NCBI GenBank assembly: GCA_030704615.1
Contig: CM060731.1
Span: 36,456,001 to 36,520,000 of the forward strand
Reading direction: 5' to 3'
DNA from: Takakia lepidozioides
Taxonomy: Eukaryota > Plantae > Bryophyta
DNA: 64,000 nucleotides
Shown: positions 1-10,865 of the stretch, in pieces
Layout: the number at the start of each line of letters is the position of its first letter
Position numbering within the stretch: position 1 is the first letter of the stretch
Made by a program: the position numbers and the translations under genes
The notes under the pieces: generated by a model
What the model was told of the DNA's origin: nothing
The model's input: the letters and a program-made list of their open reading frames with translations, nothing else
The model's database searches: none

Positions 1-1057
1 CAAGCGACCCAAGCAAGGTCAGGCTGATTACCATCCTCTCAAGGCATTGTGGGAGATCTAGACTTCTAATGGATTTCATGAGTTGCAGGATACACAAGCA
101 GGGCACACGGAGAAGAGGCATTCCAATTCTTTTCGCAAACACAACGGAGAGAGAAAATATCACATTCTAAATGCACTTTGGGAAGCGGGTGCAATGCCAG
201 ATCCAGGAAAGCCACAGGTTGAGTCTGAAACGTCTGTGGTGCTCTTGTTGAGGTGTATGTCTAGTGCTGGTCAAGTGCGGCAAAGATGTGGACGCTTGGG
301 TAGTGTTTAACAAATTGACAGAATGAAATGTGGTCTCTCACATTGGACTCCCATGATTGTAGGATGTTTATTTTGTGTGATGTTGAATCAGCAGAAGGAA
401 GCGCCTTTATGGACCGTCCCCTCCAATCACTTGATTGAGTGTATATGGTATACCACAGCTCTAAAATTGCTGGACAAGAATGTCAGCTGCTTCCATCACT
501 TCAAGGATGGGGTTAGTCCTTGTGAGGAATTCTAGTGACAGAACTGAAACTTCTCAGGAACTTCAGCCAATTCTTCTCCCTCCAAGGTTTCCTGCTATGC
601 ACTCCACTTGTTACGGATCAGAGCTTTGATAACGTCACCCATATCATGTATTCCAGATAATGTTGACATCACGACCTACCTATGGTTGAAGGCTTGATGC
701 AATGGGCTGGAGTGGATTTTTGCCCGTTGATCAAAGACTGCAATCTTGGTCTGGCTAAGATGAGCTAGAGGTGTAAATGGTCATTCACAGTGGGATGTGT
801 CCTCGCCACGAGGAGATGACCTCAGAAAGCAGACACCTTGGAAATTTGGGACACATGAGACGACACTGGGGGTTGTATCAACCAAAGAAACAACAAAAGA
901 GCAAGAGGAGGAAGGTGCTTTTGGTGTTCCAAAGCTGTCAAATAGGCTTTACATGCAGCTGTGTAGAAAGAACTTACCAGGTCTATCTGTGACTAAACAA
1001 ATCTACGGGTTTCAAGTGCTCACTGGGCAACAGGAAAAGGAAGCAAAACATAAATAG
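1..1057 (+). pseudogene. 3' part of an unidentified spliced gene or relic entering from the left edge
   Basis: Frame 2 reads 2-218 with one TAG (59-61) and ends at a CAG|GT. Further AG/GT-bounded open segments lie at ~394-510 and from ~791. No family recognised. Confidence 0.25.
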
Positions 1058-1129
1058 CTGAATTATGCTGAGACAAATTTGCAAATTCTTGTCTTCACTG
1101 GAAAGACTCGTGCCAAAGACTGGGGAAGT

Positions 1130-1406
1130 ATTCAAAGGGATTCAAACTAATGTCGTGGCAAACTCAGTGTTAAAAAATACTAAATTGAAAGCCACCTTAC
1201 TACTTAAATTAAGGTCACTCACCTTATTCTCAAGGTAATTACTATCAAAATTTAGTGGCTGGTCAATTCAAAGGGATTGAGACTAATGTCGTGGCAAACT
1301 CTGTGGTAAAAGATACCAAATTGAAAGCCATGTTACAACTCGAATTAAGGTCACTCACCTTATTCTCAAAGTAATTCTCACCCTCAAAAATTAGTGGCTA
1401 GCCAAT
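1130..1406. repeat. two-copy tandem duplication, ~136-bp unit
   Basis: ATTCAAAGGGATT...AATGTCGTGGCAAACTC...AAGGTCACTCACCTTATTCTCAA...TTAGTGGCT starts at 1130 and again at 1266. Confidence 0.85.
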
Positions 1407-1564
1407 GGACCTCTGAGCAAACCTGTGGTCACAGACCACATTGGTGATTCACATGCTGATTGTTACTGGCCATCTGTATGCCCCCATCCCTCATAGATTG
1501 AAAGAAGACACCTTTGAGCCTGAAGTGAAAAAGGCAAGCAGACACTAAGAAGTACTCTACCAAG

Positions 1565-4500
1565 CTAACCCATCGGAGGTTTGCCAGATCCCAACATTTG
1601 TCCAACAATTCCTGTCACCTGCGTGACAACAACATATGAGCACCAAAGCCAGTGTAAATAAAAGATACTTCTGCTTGCAGGTACTGCCCACAGTCAACGG
1701 TGGGTCCTATCATACATAGCAATAACCTACATTCTGGTAGCACAAAGGATAATGGGGTCTTCACTCTGGCAAGCACAGACTTCAAACGTGCTTGGGTTCA
1801 CCTAACATGTTCTTTGCGTAGACAACAGTGTGACTGAGTTAAGTTTCCCACATTGAAGATAAAACCTGATGTACATCCCGTATTGTAAGTCATCCCTCAT
1901 TTCGGAATCAGTCACCAAATCAAGTCCTATCTGAGCAACCTATTTCAACATGAGCTGTATTACGTTCATGAAACACTCCCAAGAATCTAACCTGTTGTTT
2001 TCTACAACCTGGCAATTGCTATCCTGGTGAATGCCCATCCCTGAAATGCCTGCATGACTCATACCTGCCAGTACTTGGCAACACAACGATCAATGCAGCT
2101 ATTTTCTCCAACATTCAGATCCGCCTCCTTGTACCTAAGGTAATTGTCATGCCCCACTCATCGATGAAAAGAAGGAAAACATGTGTATGACAGGACTGAT
2201 AAGAGACAATTGTTGTGCCCACAGGAGGCCAAAGGGCCTTCAATAGCACACACCAATACCTGTATAAATATAAAAATTGGAGAGAGAATGTACTCATAAG
2301 ACGTTGTTTGCCGTAGCCTTGTGGCCATTGACCCCGCGCCCAGTTTGAGCGGGAACAAAAGGGACAGAACCTACCTCTGTCAGGGGCTGACGTTGGTAGT
2401 AAGACTTACCTCCATATAAAGAATTAATCCGGGTTTTCCAGATATCCTCTAGAAATCCCTTCACACAAGCATCAATCTGCTGTGTGTGATTTGCCCAAAA
2501 ACTAGGCCTCAGGAGGGCCTGGGCTTTTGGCTCAGCCTCGAGACTTTCAAAGTTGGTAAACAGGGGTACAGGCACAATTCCCTTAATAGATTTGAAGAGA
2601 GCGTCTCTTTGGTGAGAGAACCCCGGACAGTGTATCAGAAAATGAATACTGTCTTCAGATTGCCCACACAACGGGCAATTGCACTCTCCCTTTCCTCTCT
2701 GCTTCTGTTTGCTGTTCAAAGGTAGGCTTCCTGCCCTGAGTTTAAATTTCAGTCTAGTGCCGAGAGTGGGTAGACCCTTGAGGTCATCCAAGATGTCCTC
2801 CCCCATGTCACAGACTGGAAACAAGTTCAGGGAAGTTTTCTGCCTAACTTCATTTTCATCAGACAATCTCATGGCAACAGACATGGCTGAGGACACTACA
2901 GCCTCTACGTCAGATTTATCCAGCAGGGTCAAGACTTGCGGATCCAGGTCCAGGTCCTTGAGGATCTCTTCTACTCTCTTCTGCCAGGACTTAGCCTGTT
3001 TGACAGGGCGGTCCTGTTTCCAAGATATAGAGTCGATTATTTTAGGATATCTGGTGTTGGGCATATGTTGCAGCTGACCCCACCATCTGACCTTGAATTC
3101 ATCTCATCGGGAGCTTAAGGACGGAATGCCAAACTCACCCCGAACAGCCACATTGGCTGTTTTGGAGCATGCTGACATACACTCCTTAAGCACCCCCACT
3201 TGAATGGATTCTAGAGACTTAGCCTGGTTGGAGTTATCAACCCATATAGCAGATCCGTACTCCAAGGCAGGTCTAATAACGCGACAAAGCATGGTTTTCT
3301 TAACCTCAGAGTTGACCCCTCTGCAGTGGAAAAATTTAGTGAGCCCCAGAGCTTTGCCCTTGCCAGATTGAACAACTTTCCGGATATGTGCATCCCAATT
3401 ACAATTGGAGGAGAACTCAACGCCCAGGTAAGTGTAGGAAGGGAGGACCGGGATCTCTTGGCTACCCCACTGCCACTTAAGATCACTTCCTCTCCTCCTC
3501 TGTCGTTGAATGCTACCACTGCACATTTGCTGACATTAGCCTCTAGCCCCCAAAGATCAAAGTATCTCTTCGCGCAATCAATCAACTCCTAGAGATTGGT
3601 TGGAGTCTCCCCTATGCCTGCGAAGTCATCTGCAAACATAAGGGCTGGTATGTCAAAAAGGCTTATGACACAGTGTGGAGAGGTGGCCTATGGTTCCGCC
3701 TCTGGTCTTGTGGGATCAAGGGAAAGATGTGGAGAGTTGTCCACAACTTGTATGCTCACACCAAAAGCTGTGTCACTGTTAACGGACAGAAGTCCAACTT
3801 CTTTGACATAGACCAAGGTGTAGCTCAAGGATGTACTCTCTCCCCTCTGCTCTTCAATGTTTTCATCAATCAACTCCTCGAGGATGTGGAAAGTGAGGGA
3901 TTTGGGTTAAGGGTGGGTGAAAAGACATAAGTGGGTTTCCCTTCTTTTTTCCTTCCCTGGATAATCTGGCTTAGAGTGAAGATATGATCCACACAGCCCC
4001 TGTTTCGCCGAAAGCCAGCTTGGCCTTCGTGGAAACAACCTCTAGACTCCAGATCTACCTCGAGACGAGTACTTATAACTCTGCAGAATGTCTTGCCAAC
4101 AGCATTGAGGAGCATGATGCCACGGTAGTTCCCCGGTTCTTCTCTGTCACCCTTCTTGTATAGATTGACAATGACCCCCTGTCGCCAGCGAAAGGGGATC
4201 ATTTCAGTCTTCCAGATAAGGTTAAAGAGGAGAACTAGGGCCTCTATCATGGGATCGCCACCGTGCTTGATAAGCTCGTTGACAATACCATCAGGTCCAC
4301 CAGCTTTATATCCATTTAAATGTTCAATTGCTTCCACAATCTCAGAAGAACTAATGGGAGCATTATAAGCCATTGAAATATACTCCAGTTCATCAGGGCT
4401 GTTTTGAATCATAGGAACAGTTTTTCCAACTGTGTCCCTCCATTCAGCAGAAGACCCCTCACTGTTAGACCTAGAAGTTCTGCCAAGGATACTGTAGTGA

Positions 4501-5110
4501 GTTTCAAAGGTTTTGACAATGTCAACCGATGAAGTCACCACTGCACCTTTAGTAGTCTTCAGCGCTTGTACTTGCTGACCGTTTTTCGGTTTGTACAAAC
4601 GATGAAGGGCCAACCAGAATTTCTTGTCATTACCACCATGGTGGTTTGAGTTTGTCCCAGTATAATTTCTTCTGAGACCTAACAAACTGATTGATATCTT
4701 TACGGAGCTGGTAGTACCTCGCCCACAATTCTCTGTTGCTTCCAAATTGCAGCACCCTTTATAGAGGGCTCGTCTCTCAGCTATCTTGAGTTTAATCTCA
4801 TTAGTCCACCAATTAACTGCTCTACCGCAGACAATTAGTTTCCTCCCAATGATCTTGTCAGCCACGGAGGAAACGAAACTCTCCCAAGAGTCCACTGCTC
4901 TTTCGACTTCATTTCTTGCATTAACAGAGCGTGACTGAAGTTCTTGGAGCGATTGGACAAAATGAGGGAGAGCCTCTTGCAAGGCCTGGACGTACTCAGT
5001 CTTGACCTCCTCATTGTGGAATTTTTCTATGCGCCACTTCCGAATCGAACGTTTCACAGATCTCTTGGTGGTGGGAAAACACCTTTTGATCTCAGTCCAA
5101 ACCCGGAAGT

Positions 5111-5152
<42 letters not shown>

Positions 5153-6013
5153 TTATTTGTTGATCTACGCTATCGAGGATTTTTCACCTTACCTTTTGAC
5201 TAAATTTTTATCCTTTCTCCAGGACTAAGGCAAAGAAAAAGGTGGCATGTGCAGGGCGGGCAACACCTTGAAATGGAAGAGTGTAAAAGAAGAGCTACAA
5301 CTCCATTCTCAGAGAAGATTGATTGCAATGTACTTGGCTTCAGATTCAACACCAATCTTTCGCTAACAGATAGCACCCAAAATTAGAAGGGTAGGACGGA
5401 GATGAAAAAAAGAGAGGCAGACACTCACTTTCTTTCAACGCACTTATCAAAACATGTCTGCGTCAGCCTGCACCGTCCAACCGACTCCATCTCTATTAAC
5501 ATGTCCCCTGATAATTTTTAATGACCCAAAAAAATGATAATAGAGTTAGACTCGAATCTAAACAAGGGGGAGTCGGGACACAAAACCTCCACTACCAACC
5601 GAGATAGCCTTCTGGATTTAAGACTGGTTCACCAATGACCTAAACTCAATCCAAAAATCAACGATCAAGCAGAACCGAAGAAAGAAGTGGGCGACAGTTG
5701 GACGGAGTAGCAGAAAACATAGACCATAACGGGACAGGGTTCGAATGTTCACTTGTTAAAAAGATCAACTCTATACTCCATTTCCTGCTGTGCCATTCCA
5801 AATATCTGCAAGACCCACCAGCGTCGCATTACTATCAAACGTGGAGCTTCAAGGAGAGTGTGATTAGGGCACAGACTCCAACAGAAAAAAGAAGAATCCC
5901 ATGGGACAACAAAGCACAACCATAGACAAAAATACACCCGAAAAAAAACCGATACAGAGAGAGAGAGAAGAGAGAGGCGGTACCTGCTCCTTGTCAACTG
6001 GGATCCCCGCCAT
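1565..6013 (-). CDS. TIM10: mitochondrial intermembrane-space chaperone TIM10 (5 exons, 81 aa)
   Basis: Exons 6013-5984, 5805-5753, 5467-5429, 2134-2065, 1618-1565, all GT-AG and phase-consistent. Protein MAGIPVDKEQIFGMAQQEMEYRVDLFNKLTQTCFDKCVERKYKEADLNVGENSCIDRCVAKYWQVTGIVGQMLGSGKPPMG has the twin CX3C motif and closely matches plant TIM10. Confidence 0.95.
2289..5111 (-). mobile_element. 5'-truncated, disrupted non-LTR retrotransposon (LINE family A, probably RTE/RTEX group) in TIM10 intron 3
   Basis: Begins at the apparent end of the APE domain (HFRVW). RT motifs KAGGPDGI, NYRGIML, QAGFR, QGCTLSPLLF (inverted segment), FADD and YTYLG; C-terminal CPLC..EDSIHFLIHC. Contains frameshifts and an in-frame TAG near 3590. 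Confidence 0.93.
5113..5149. repeat. (GA)n microsatellite abutting the LINE 5' truncation point
   Basis: About 18 perfect GA units. Confidence 0.95.
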
Positions 6014-6268
6014 GGTGATGCACAGCCGATACGCAGATTCCTTGCGGCTTGAGAGACAAGGCGGCCAAAAGAGCAGACTTTGTCTCAGTTCCCACTAATT
6101 TTCAACTGTTAGTATCACAGTGGTCCATCCGCATATAGTTCTCAATGATAATAACAATGTTCCCATGATATAAGCGCCCCCACACAGTGCCCTTCCTTAA
6201 AGGCAATCTGGCCGAATAAACTTTTGCACACTTACAAATAAAAAGTGGCCAAACACCTCTGAACATTC

Positions 6269-6341
6269 GGGGATGTAGCTCAAATGGTAGAGCGATCGCT
6301 TCGCATGCGATAGGTAGGGGGATCGATGCCCCCCATCTCCA
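6269..6341 (+). tRNA. tRNA-Ala (anticodon CGC)
   Basis: 73-nt cloverleaf: acceptor GGGGATG/CATCTCC with G3:U70, D arm GCTC/GAGC, anticodon stem ATCGC/GCGAT with loop TT-CGC-AT, T stem GGGGG/CCCCC, discriminator A. Confidence 0.93.
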
Positions 6342-6667
6342 CTCGCTATAATTGTAGAGATACACGCCAGTGACGACCCCTACGGCACTTTTTGCCGTCT
6401 TAGTTGTAACTTGTAGCCTGCAGCTTATGCCCTTTTGCAAGGGCAGCTTGGGAGAAGGCCCTGTCTCTTTACTACTGCTGGTCTGATTGCATAACCTAGG
6501 TGATCCTGGGTTCGATCCTTCAACATGTGCCTTCAGACCCCATCGTCCATTGGGCCCTCGATGGCCTAAGTGTTGAGCAGTACGCTCTGTAAAATTCACA
6601 GTGACTGGACGTTAAAGAAACTTTCTCTTTATCCTTCCATTATGCTTTTGAATATTAAGGATGGAAG

Positions 6668-6717
6668 CATCTTCAGATCCCTCGGAGGCATCTTCAGATC
6701 CCTCGGAGGCATCTTCA
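6668..6717. repeat. 21-bp tandem repeat x2.4
   Basis: GCATCTTCAGATCCCTCGGAG twice plus GCATCTTCA. Confidence 0.9.
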
Positions 6718-6865
6718 TGTGGCATATTTGGAAGTCAAGATGTGCGGTTGTTTTCCGGAGTGTAAGGCCTTGTTTGCAGAAATTATTGTACTCGGCAAGT
6801 CACTGAGACAAGCTGCGAGCTACTATGTCTTTCTTTCTTTCTTTTTTTTTTCCTCCTCCTTTTTT

Positions 6866-7080
6866 GTTTTAAAAAACACAGCTCACAAATCATGCCCCTT
6901 AATTATAGTGAGAGGAGAAAATAACCTCTTTCATAGTAACCTCACCGTGAAGGCTTTCGCATGGGAAACCGCCCAACGGAAAAGGAGAGATGAACATACC
7001 ACACCCATCAAGGTACTCTAGCAGGATTTGACCCCAAAACATCTGGTAGCATTCAGTGCGCTATCCAACTGAGCTACTAA
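6866..7080 (-). mobile_element. tRNA-derived SINE
   Basis: Minus strand: A-box TAGCTCAGTTGG, B-box-like GGTCAAATCC about 30 nt later, non-tRNA body, then TTTTTT and an A-rich end. No intact cloverleaf. Confidence 0.6.
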
Positions 7081-7090
7081 CTGTTGGTAT

Positions 7091-7403
7091 CAGTGTTGTG
7101 CCGGTTGTGCCTTTTTAAGGAAACCCCCGGGTCCAGATCCGGGTTTTTGAAATTTGGAAAATCCGGGTTCGGGTCTAGGTTTTTGAACACGGAGTTGGGT
7201 CCGGGTCCTAATTGATTGATTAAATAAATAAGATTAATTAGAAATAATTCTTTTCTGTCATGTTTAAATAAATAAATGTCAGATGAATATCAATTTAAAA
7301 ATTTAAAAAAAAACTATTATTTATTTCTTTATTAAAAGTTAAAACCCGGACCCGGACCTGCCGGGTCACACCAAGGGTCAAAACCTGGACCCGCACAACA
7401 CTA
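7091..7403. mobile_element. hAT-type MITE
   Basis: TIRs CAGTGTTGTGC / TAGTGTTGTGC, subterminal CCGGGT repeats at both ends, AT-rich core, degenerate 8-bp TSD GTTGGTAT/GTTGGAAA. Confidence 0.75.
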
Positions 7404-8064
7404 GTTGGAAATTGCTCATGGAATATGATGATGTGTTAGAGGTATCAGAAAAGAAGCTATGAGACATTCTTAATTGTAGTATAAATCAATTGACATGTAT
7501 GTACAACATCAAAAGAGAACATGCAGTTAAGTTCTTGCATAACAGAAGAAAGGTTGGGGTTGAAAAAAGAATAGGTCTCACGTTCACTGTATCTATGACA
7601 AACCATCACCTCAGCAACTAGTAGATTGCAGTAATGAGAAACTACTCCCTGCTTTGACCTCTGTGTATTTGACTCATAAGAGCATGTCTTGAAGTGCTTG
7701 TACAAAAGAATAGTGGTAGAGTATAAATGAGAGATTTGTCATAAGTATACTAAACAAAAAATGTCATTTATCGTGGCACCAATCTTTAAGCCAATGGAGT
7801 GTGATGATAAGTTGTACTTCTTTAATGCACCTACACATGACATCCTTCAACCCACATATGAGACAATACTCTAGAAGCCACCACTGGATTTGAGTGAATT
7901 TAGATGCTGACAATCCCCAGTCTACGTGCTGAAGTTGATCAATTTGTTGACCTCAGAACCCTGATGATTTCACTTCCAATTCAATGCCAACAATTTTATG
8001 AGCATGAATGCTTGATGACTAGCCAGTGGTCTTGCCAGCTCAATCTCTTGTCAAACTCTATTTC

Positions 8065-10865
8065 TTAACCTAAAAACCTTAAGGGGGTAACCTTGGGAGG
8101 GAAAAACCAAATACATGAAGGGAAGATGACACCGGGGAAATCATAGGGGGTTACTTTCCCTGTGAGACCCCCTGGGGAAAAAATACACAAGGGAAAGACA
8201 CATGACACCGGAAAATCACAGGGGGTTTCTAAGGGTATATTGCCCAAATTCTCTTGAGGGAATTTTCTAAAAGCTCCTTGTGTAATATCTTTTCCAGTGG
8301 AGGGTTTACAACTTGAACTTACAGTCTTTTCGAAGTTGATTCACCACAGCGTTGGAGGTTAAGAAATACTTGAGCACTCGTAAGCCTAAATTGGCTAAGT
8401 TCTCATTTTGCTATGACAGTACCATTGTGCACATGATGAGATGGTCAGTGTATAACTTGTATAAGAAGTTTAAATAATTTAAATACAATATAAAAAAATT
8501 GTCGGTTGGTTAGAAGACCATAGTTCACTGAAATTACGGACAAAATGGTGGTGAAAGTAGGGTCTATGAAAACAACAAGACTTGTTTGGGTGTTCTATAT
8601 AATCTCTCTACAACAGATATGACCACGGGGTATCTTGTATATCCTCATGCACAATACAACAAACAGTTCCGAACGATGAGTGATTGTCGAAAGAACAAAG
8701 GCCTAAGAAGTTAAGGGTATTGTTTTTTTTGTTTTTTTTTCCGGAAAAGGGACTGAGGCGCTGCTCGAACTTTATTATAGTTATTGGAGGGAAAAATATT
8801 GCTCTTAGAAATGAAGATTGTAGTATTTTAGACGTGATAAGTTTTCATGTAGAGGTTCACGTCTTATAATTTTTCCACTAGTATAAATTCTTAATAATCT
8901 TCTATATTATGATGTACTAAAGATGAGTTAATGCTTGTGCAGATTTCCAACATACATTCTAAATTCCAATGTTTCTAAGAAGCCTGGTGTTGCAACTTGC
9001 TTCTATTCCTTGGATTGAAGGTTTTAGCGCTGAACCAACCATGCCAAAAAACTGTAAGTTTGTAGAGGCTTCTAATTTTTATACTAATAATATAAGTTCT
9101 TAATATAATCTTTAGTATTATGAGGTAATAAATATGAGTTGTAACTAGTGTAGATTTCCAGCATTATGAAGTCCAATGTATCCGAGAAGGATGCTGCTCT
9201 TATTCTTAGAAGTGACGGTTTCAACATTGAATCAATGATGCTAGACATTGTAAGTGTATAGAGGCTTATAATTTTGGTACCAATATAAATTCTTAATAAT
9301 CTTTAGTATTTTGAGGTACTAAAGATGAATTGATACTTGTGCAGATTTCTAGCACCATGAAGTCCAACATACGAAAAAAATCTATGATTGCCACAAAAAA
9401 CATGGTGGAATAGTTTTCATGAAAATGATGGAGAAAAAGAGATCTCGAGTCATATATAGTTTGTAGATAAACTGGCACTGTTGTACTTAAAGTATTTTCT
9501 TTCAGAGTTGGGTCATAAAATGCCTAAACTCAATGATTTGGGGGTGGATGTAACAGATTTCCGATGAGCTTTTCTTTCCAGCGAAAAAGTGATAACCGTT
9601 CATGTCTGCATGGGTTTAAATAATATTCATGATGTCTTGCTAGGCATCACAACATATGGATTGAGAGTTCTAAAGAAGAAAAGAGCAATATTTGTTTCAC
9701 CAAAAGACCAAACACCTTGATGAAGTGGTGAAGTGGGCATTACGGAAAAAAAAAAAACTTTGGTGAGCCTTCCAAGCCCGAAAGATGGATGTTTTGACTA
9801 GTTGAATGCAGACTACATTCTATGGATAGGTATGGCTTGTACCATTGTAAGTCTTGTCTATTATACTTGAACTTTTCTATATGGACAAATTTTGTTGGAT
9901 ATAGGGTTTTTAATTGAAATAAGTCATGGAACTAATATAGTCCTCCAAATTCACATCAGTGAAGTTTGCTAGAACGTCATGCAAAGTGACAATGCTTTGA
10001 CTCGTCTAAATTGAGAGAACTGCTTCTCCGTTTATTGAGTAGAAGTGATGACTCTCCAAAGTGTTTGTTGTAGATGTTCGTGAGTACTACAAATGATGTT
10101 AGTTGGTTCCAACTTGACTTATCAATGTACTGTACTTTTGTGAACCTTGTCTAAAAGGACATTTTCTATGGGAGCAATAATCTTGTTGGATATAAAATTT
10201 CTAATTGGTGCTTTTGGTTGCATTGAATAGATAAGGCGGTTGCTTGAAATGTTAGTGAGGATGTGCTACAAATGATTGATTATGTTTGAACAAAGGACGA
10301 TATTTGTGGCAGCCAGCTAAATTGTGTGTCAAAGTCACAGCTACACACATCAAACCTGTGGATATCTTTGGACCATAGAATGATAAAAATACCATACAAA
10401 AATATCAAAGGGAAAAAAACACTTACTCTCGCGGGGAAATTGCACGGGATAAGATAATCCACGGTAAAAATGTACACAAGGGAAAACACCACAAAATCAC
10501 AGAGAAAAAAACATACTCGTGCGAGGAAAATTGCACAAGACAAGGGGAAATGTAAATGTGAGAAAAACATACTCTTGCACGGAAAATTTCAGACAGCCTA
10601 AAGGGAAAATGTACACCAGGAAAAACACAAAAACCTCATGGAAATAAATATTACCCTCACATGGAAAAGTACATACGGATAAGCTAAGCTATAGAGAACA
10701 TCGACACCGGGAAAAGCTCAAAGGAAAAGTCCACGGGATTTATTTTTTGGCTTTCTCTCGGAAATCAAAGGGAAATTTTTTTCTTTGTTGCACTCCTTTT
10801 GATGTGCATCAATTTGTAAGGGCATACTTTGCCTTAAGGGAATGTGTTGAAAGCTCGTTGTGTAA
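8065..10865. mobile_element. degenerate DNA-transposon relic(s), CACTA-like subterminal arrays
   Basis: Arrays of GGGAAAA/ACACCGG(G)AAA at 8065-8290 and 10380-10790, each followed by a similar AAAGCTC(C/G)TTGTGTAAT. No intact TIR or ORF. Confidence 0.4.
8880..9365 (+). repeat. ~200-bp degenerate tandem repeat x2.5-3
   Basis: TAA(A/G)TTCTTAATA...AGATTTC at ~8884, ~9093 and ~9286. Confidence 0.75.

Noticed and set aside
1130-1406. CRISPR-like array (also considered at 6668 and 8880)
   Set aside because: Plain tandem duplications without unique spacers; eukaryotic context with no cas genes.
2341-2400. Hammerhead ribozyme in the LINE 3' end (CTGACAGA)
   Set aside because: Does not match CUGANGA, and there is no correctly placed GAAA core.
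6394-6540. Second tRNA or SINE (GCCGTCTTAG start, GGTTCGATCC B-box)
   Set aside because: No cloverleaf or convincing A-box; spacing is too long.
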